Below the pieces are notes generated by a model. It was not told the origin of the DNA, searched no databases, and saw nothing but the letters and a program-made list of their open reading frames with translations. A DNA stretch of 64,000 bases, from the NCBI RefSeq assembly GCF_009914755.1, contig NC_060931.1, one strand, 5' to 3'. Both the position numbers and the translations under genes were made by a program. Positions 56,991 through 64,000 of the stretch are shown here, piece by piece (the first letter of the stretch is position 1; each line of letters begins with the position of its first letter). Source of the stretch: the human T2T-CHM13v2.0 reference genome, Homo sapiens.

Positions 56991-59559
56991 GCTCTTCTTT
57001 TTGGTTAATGCTAAATATTGCTCTCATTACATATATAAGATAAAGAAAAAGCACATGCAACCCATGTACATAAATAGGTAGGCAAGTTCTGGCTCATTTT
57101 CTTAAAACTCTTATTTTCTAATTTGACCTAAGACAGAAGAGGAACGTAAGAATGTTCCATATTTTGGTTTCAAGTAAGACATTTAAATTACTGGCAGGAA
57201 GTTAGATACTGTTTTGAAGTACTGTTTGTTTTTAATAATGACACTATAATAATGATACCTTGAACTTGCCTGTGGTATATATTTTTGAGAGTTTTAGAAT
57301 TTCACTAACCTTTCACAAGGATCCTGGGGTTTTAATTCCAAACCTACTGCAATCTAACTTTGTAACTTTGAGAAAGTAAAACTTTTTGGACCTGTCTTTT
57401 CTCAATCATGAAAATGAGAGTATGGGCTAGATTTTCTGTTATGTCTTTTCTCATTCTAATGATTGTTTCAAGGTCACATAAAAAAACGAACAAATAGCAT
57501 TTGGAGTGACTGCTTTTCAGTGTAAGGACGTCACCACAGTAAAGTAGCAAAATGTTTCCTTCTTTGTACTGGGAAGAATCAGCTGTCTCATTTTCACAAC
57601 GTGGTGAAGTGAATATTTGAAATTATTCACGAGACATTCTCATAAGAAATATTCAATTAGATTTGTAATTTTATTCTTTCAAGGGTTGCAGTTTGGTTAT
57701 GTATATGTTGACTCAAATTACATCTATATTTAAATTATCTTACATTGTAAATGCCATCGTTGAATAACAGATATCAATAAAACCCTTCCAAATCTATCCA
57801 TATTAATTGCTTTCATATTCTGATCTTTTGGTTATATTAACTGTATATTTTCCTATGTGAATGGCATGTAAAATTATAGTGCCACTAGTAATAAAACATA
57901 TAAAAAGTTTTCTATAATCAATTAATATTGCATATTAAATTTTCTCTTCTACCATTTTCCAGAAGAATTCTTAAAGTTGGCATTATAAAAGACTTTTATT
58001 TAAAATTAGGGGCAAGTGGAGTGGTTTCAGATTCTGGTTATATGAGGGAAACATTAGCAAATAAAATAAACGTGATTTGGGGCTTTCTAGCACTTAGAGG
58101 CATGGTTCACTTTGAACTCTAAATTATTTATGGCACAGAAGGAGACACTTGGTAAATAACAGGAAAAGCACAGAAATCAAATGCAGATTGTGGTATTTGC
58201 TAACTTTAACACTTAAGTTACCAAAACCCAAGTCTGGTGATAATTTATTCTCCCTGAATTACTTACCAAAGAATAGCTTTACTTCTGAATGAAAAAATAA
58301 ATTAGACCATTAGCAAATGACTAAGAAAACATAATTTGGAAAAAGAAAATAATAATTTTTATTTGATGTTAAAGCAAATTTTTATAAAGCTACAATGAAT
58401 CTGAAAATATTTTTTCTTAGAACTGATGTGTATTTTATAAATAGCTAGTCTTATTTCGGTATAAATTAATGACAACATCTATCTATGAAATGTAATACGT
58501 CACTGCTAGGGTATTAAATAAGCAAAGATAGGAAAGTTGAAAGCTAGGTGTATGTATAAATTGTTACATATGTGTAAGTAAATAAATATATATGTATATG
58601 TATGCATATATATCAAAGGTTTGAGAGAGCTACTGACTCTTAAAAAACGAAATCAGAAAAAAACTGTGGAAAATACCATGAATTAAAGTCTACCTATTCT
58701 AAACCAAATTAGAGTTACAAAAATGTTGAACTCATGAATTCTCTTTCATTTAATGCATTTCAGTCTCCTCTGTGATATGCAAATAACTATCCTGTACTTT
58801 TAAAGCGTTTTCTTTTAGAACTTCTCAAGAGTTTCTTTATTCTTCATTTGAATTGGTTTTACTAGTGAATTTCACTTCAGACACCATGGGCTTGTAGCCC
58901 AAGGATCTGGCTGGCCTCCTTTTTTACAGAAGGAAATGGTCATAGACGATGCTTCTTTCTATTGAATTCAGTAGTAAAATCTTTCATTGCCATCTGCTTC
59001 TGATGACATCTGAATTTTTTGTTATGAACAGATTTGCTTTTTATAATGGCTGAAATCAGAGTACTATTTTTTTCCCCCTGGAATTTCCTTTTAAGTTTCA
59101 CTCTGCATACCTTTTTAAAAAATTCAGTATTCATTATTTATACTTCTCAAGTTCATGGCAAACTCCCTTGAAATATAAACACTGCATCATTCATTTCTGT
59201 TTCCTAGTGGCACAGTTCAAATGCAATAATAACGATTAGTGCAAGGGCAGCTTTTACTTCTTTTCTCATTTATCGCCGCATATTTCTTCTGTGCCTTCTT
59301 TTCCTTCTCTTTTTATTTTCATTTTTTCAGGATTTTGGAATTATATCTGGCTGACTGCAAATCCAGTGAGCTTTCTGCTATTCTAGGTTGTTTCTTAAAG
59401 GAAAGATTATGTAAAAACTAAACCCCTACATATCAAAGACCTGGTAATAAATATTCTGCACTAATGTGGGTAACATGATCAATTGCTTGATCACTGAATC
59501 AGTAATATCAGTTTCAGTGGGAAATATTAATCAATTTTGATAGAATGCAATAATCTACA

Positions 59560-59736
59560 GTTGGCACTGGCAAGGGGATTCTGAAGGAGGGGAAGAAACA
59601 CTGAAGGAGGGTAAGCTTTGCTAAACGAACAGTTTTTACCTAGGCCAGATGAGGGTACACGCACTGGTATAAAACAGGGCGCTTGAGCAGGCAGAATTGA
59701 GTTACTTATGTCCCCCAGGAGAAGCCGCAGGTAAGT
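59560..59736 (+). promoter_or_regulatory. Candidate TATA core promoter, short exon and consensus splice donor
   Basis: TTGGCA NFI half-site (about 59561), CAGATG E-box (59646-59651), TATAAAA at 59668-59674, GC-rich spacer, Inr-like TGAGTT about 30 bp downstream, CAG|GTAAGT at 59730/59731. Non-repeat sequence; motif-only evidence. Confidence 0.4.
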
Positions 59737-60946
59737 AGACATCTCAATTACGGATTGTGAAGGAGAGGAGCTGAGGAAGTTGAGAGACCTATAAAAGGAT
59801 ATAATAAAACTTCCTGTGAATCCATCACGACTATGAGTTCTTGAGGTTCTTGCTTTTCCTCACTGGTTACAGGAAACGAGAAGGAAATAATGAGATGATT
59901 GTGAGACATTGGACAGAAATCTCACCCCTTTGCTCCTCCCTGAAATTTAAAGATAAGGAAGCAAGAGTGAAACAGGATATTTCCCAAAAGGCCTACTAGT
60001 AGGAAAAAGAAACAATCTCCTAAAATAAAATATTGAAGAAAAGTAGAATTTAAGCTGATGTTTTTGTTTGTGACAAGTCTAGTGGTAATGAAGGAGAGCT
60101 GGTATGTGTGCAATGTTTACGTGAAGGAGAAAGCCAAATTCCGCAGAGCAAACATTGCATGGTGTCATATTTGCGGGTAGTAATGGTCAGGCATGAGTAA
60201 GGGAGAGAAATGCAGCTTCAGAGCTTCCACTTGGGGTGTTGTGGCTCCTGCAGGACTGTCAAGCACTTACACCAGCACAGACATCAGCACAAGCAGATTG
60301 TCAAGCTTGCAAGACAATCTTCAACCCTGTCACCTAGTGGGTGCAACAACACAATTGTATTTCACAACTCATCTTGGCCTCACTCTGTGTCATCCTACCT
60401 TCCCTCACATATTACAGGGTCCTGGTGATTCCCCCACCAAAAGGAGATATTGATTGGTTTCTGTGCTGATAGCAAATGTGATAAAGGGAGCCATCAATGG
60501 TAACAAAAAAATATGTGATTATATTTAAATTCTGGGTTGGTGGAGAAGGTCAAAGGCCTTGGAGGTGGCTTTTGACTGTAGTTTAAAATCCATATTAAGT
60601 TGGTAAAGAAAAGCTAAAAGTGAGTTAGCATATTACAAAATATACATAAGGTATTTACTCTTTTAAGTGTTGAACTAAGCATCTCTATTTTATTGGTAAA
60701 ATGGCTTCAAATCAGCTTTTAATAAATACATTTTTTGTTACCATAAAGTAAGAAAAGTATGCCCTTCTCTATCTAAAATCAAGTGATATTATAATACTAA
60801 TCTTACTTTTTCAGATGATTGTGGCTAGACAACACTTTTGTTACCTGGCCGTGGTGTTTCTAAACCAAAAAATCTTGAAAGAATCAGGAGCCTAACTTTT
60901 ACATTAACAAATAATATCTTAATAGTTAATATATGTGTGTGCATGA

Positions 60947-61318
<372 letters not shown>

Positions 61319-61361
61319 TAGTATCACTACTAGGTTCTTTTCCCCAGCCGACTTCTAAAAT

Positions 61362-61554
61362 ATTAGTTCTCAATTATTATTATTATTATTAATCACAATC
61401 ATCAGTATGGCTTGTTAAAAGTAAGTGCTGGGCCCTATCTGCAAATATGATCTGATGTGTAGGTTGGCCATGGGCCCTAAGAATATGCATTTCTTGCAAA
61501 TTCCCAGGTGATGCTAATGCTGCTAGTATGGGGCCCATGTTTTGAGAACCTCTG
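61362..61554. mobile_element. MER5A hAT MITE
   Basis: GCTTGTTAAAA...TGCTGGGCCC...AGAATATGCATTTCT..CAAATTCCCAGGTGATGCTAATGCTGCT...TTTGAGAACC.CTG. Confidence 0.85.
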
Positions 61555-62023
61555 TTCTAAATAAAATTGAGGTGACTAATGGAAATTACTCTTATTGGCC
61601 ACTATAATAGCTAATACACCTAAAGAAGTAATAAGTAACCATCTTAATTTCTCCTCAGGATAAATAACTCAATCATATTTAATCTTCCAATTAATATCAC
61701 TTTAATCAATTCTACTGCTCTTCCTTAAATTCTCTGGGTAAAAGAAATTACCCTGAAAATATAAAAGTTAAAATTGGTCACCATATGTTAATAAGGGCCT
61801 AATAGTGAATTAATTGGAAGCAGCATTCCTCGGCTCTTGCAAATAACCCAATAACTTTAAAATATCCAAGTGTCATATTAACTTTTTAGGTTAAAGTATA
61901 ATGTTGCTCATGAAAGGCTCCATTAGGCTACTTAGCTAATCCAGCACAAAATGCATTGTTCAGATTTCCTGTTTTCTAAGTATGTATAGAGAGAGGTAGT
62001 CTATTTTTCTTTTAATGTTTTGG

Positions 62024-62258
62024 TTTTTTTTTCCTCCAACTTTTATTTTAAGCTCCGGGGTCATGTGCAGGATGGGGAGGTTTGTGACACAGGTAAACAT
62101 GTGCCATGGTGAGCTGCTGCACAGATCAACCCATCACCTAGGTTCCAACCCATCACCCAGCATCCATTAGCTTCTTTGCCTGATACTCTCTCTTCCCCTG
62201 CTCACCCCCGACAGACCATAGTGTGTGCTGTTCCCCATCATGTGTCTGTGTGTTCTCA
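62024..62258 (-). mobile_element. 5'-truncated L1PA8/10-like 3' end
   Basis: CAACTTTTATTTTAAG...CATGTGCAGGATG...AGGTAAACATGTGCCATGGTG...CTGCACAGATCAACCCATCACCTAGG. Confidence 0.9.
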
Positions 62259-64000
62259 CAAGATTACGTTTTCTTCTGGTGTTACTGCTATTTTTCAGTT
62301 ATTTCAATTATAGCTTCCAATTAACTAAAATGATTTGGGGTTTTGCATTTTACCTAAGACATATATTAAAATTATCTTAAAAAATTGCCAACTACTGTCA
62401 ACCCCACTCCTCAATTATCCTCATTATCATCAGACATTGTTTATTCAGGGGAAGCAAAGTAATTCTAATATTTGCCTAATAAAACATAATTATGTAAATT
62501 GCCTCTAAAATTATTCATACTGTTATCTAAAACCAAATATTTTGGAAATAACCATTCTCTCACTCAGATTTGACTATACTTCTTTTGTTTAAAAAGTCTC
62601 AGGGTTTTTGTTTTTTTCTTTTTCTTTGCCAATTTGAGCGATTTTTGGAGATAGGAGTAGTTCTGGAGTAAATGGGTACTGTATTTCTAGCTTTACCATT
62701 AGTTAACTCTAAGAATGTGGCCAAAGACTTCAGTTGATACAGGCATAATTTTAAAAAGTATGTAGAAATGAGTTCTTCCAGCTCTAAATGTTTTTTGATT
62801 CTAAAATGTGCAAATTAGAATTATGATATAAATTAAACATATAATAGAAAAATAAGTAATACGTTTGTTCAGATTAAGATACCAGAGAGTGAGCATGCTA
62901 TTCGTATTTGAAATACACATCCTTCAAGATTTAGAAAAATAATAATTTAAAAAATTAAAATGAAGTTACATACTTTAAAATGTTAATATATTTAAAATAT
63001 TTTCAAATTTGAAAAATAAAATTCCAACATAATTCTAAAGTAAAACAAATTCCCAGGAATTTCACTATAGCTACAAAATTAGATGCTGTTATGCTTTGCA
63101 AAAAATACGTTAACTAGAAGCCAGTAGAAGACTGAGGTCTAGAAAGAAGTATAGATTTGATGTTATTGTTTTCTATTTTTAAATTTTATTTTCATTTCTC
63201 TTGACAGGAGTTTTAAATTTAAGAGCATTGATAAATGAGGAGAATAACTAACACTCAGGATAAGATAAAAATAACTGTTCTTAAATGTATACATTTTATT
63301 GTTCTAAAATGTTAATAGTATGTATGTGGCAGCAAAAATAAGTAATTTGAAATCAATGGATTATTTAGAAAGCTTCATTTATTCCTTTATTAAGCAACAA
63401 ACCATCTTGATCAAAGGGTCACCACTGATCTTTTAGTTGCATGAACAAAAGGGAACATCTCTTTTGGCCAATGTATTTTCTTATTCTATAAAAAGACAAA
63501 AGATATAAAGTAACAACCAAATGAACATTTATCAATAATACTTTTAAATTCCATTCATCAATATAAATTTTAATGCCTTATAATTAAAATATGTTACACC
63601 TGACTGCAATCTCTTCCATTTCTCAATTAAGTTTACTTTGCCAAATTGTGTGTGGTGGCCTGCGTATGTGTGTGAAGAAATGAGTGTTAGACAAAACTTG
63701 TCTTGCTCTAAAAAAGCCTCTAAAAGGTAGACACCACAGATTGAGAACAAGAGAAAAAAACCATATCTATGATATAACAACGTTAAAAGAAATCCCAGAT
63801 ATTTAGAACTACATCTGTTAAGGTGATCCAAAATATTACAAGCCAAAACCCAACTAATTCTTCATGGATATGCAAATAGAGCTCATGGCACGTAGTTTCT
63901 AGAGAGCACAGAAAAAGTTGCAAATATATATAAACATTTTGAAAATATTATTTAGCCCATCTGCAGCTTTTTATAGATTCTAAGTGCTTTAAACTCCTAT

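Noticed and set aside
58940-59134. Basic 64-aa ORF on the minus strand
   Set aside because: No recognisable domain; the lysine richness follows from A-rich composition.
59668-59736. Assigning a gene name to the candidate promoter/exon
   Set aside because: I do not recognise the exon sequence with confidence; naming it would be a guess.
63000-63015. 16-bp palindrome TTTTCAAATTTGAAAA
   Set aside because: Low-complexity AT-rich context; plausible by chance.

Overview
This is AT-rich, CpG-depleted primate (human-like) genomic DNA, most likely intergenic or deep intronic. Roughly half or more of it is recognisable transposable-element debris. I found no intact protein-coding exon chain: the ORF track is explained by Alu antisense frames, dead transposon or retroviral frames, a ribosomal-protein pseudogene and chance. 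Best-supported features: a HERV-W solo LTR (LTR17) with 4-bp TSD; a full-length RPL6 processed pseudogene with 5' TOP start and 14-bp TSD; a decayed class III (ERV-L-type) gag-pro-pol-dUTPase provirus; a full-length HSMAR2 mariner split by two Alus; Tigger3b and Tigger4b; MER51-like, MER11 and MER4D-like solo LTRs; several MaLR LTRs; ten dimeric Alus plus one FLAM monomer; and L1, L2, L3 and MIR fragments. The most interesting signals not explained by repeats are a candidate TATA promoter with a short first exon (or 12-nt microexon) and perfect splice donor near 59.7 kb, and a compact nest of perfect palindromes at 29.1-29.2 kb. I cannot honestly claim a new biological system from sequence alone. 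Repeat subfamily names come from my memory of consensus sequences and need RepeatMasker/Dfam confirmation.
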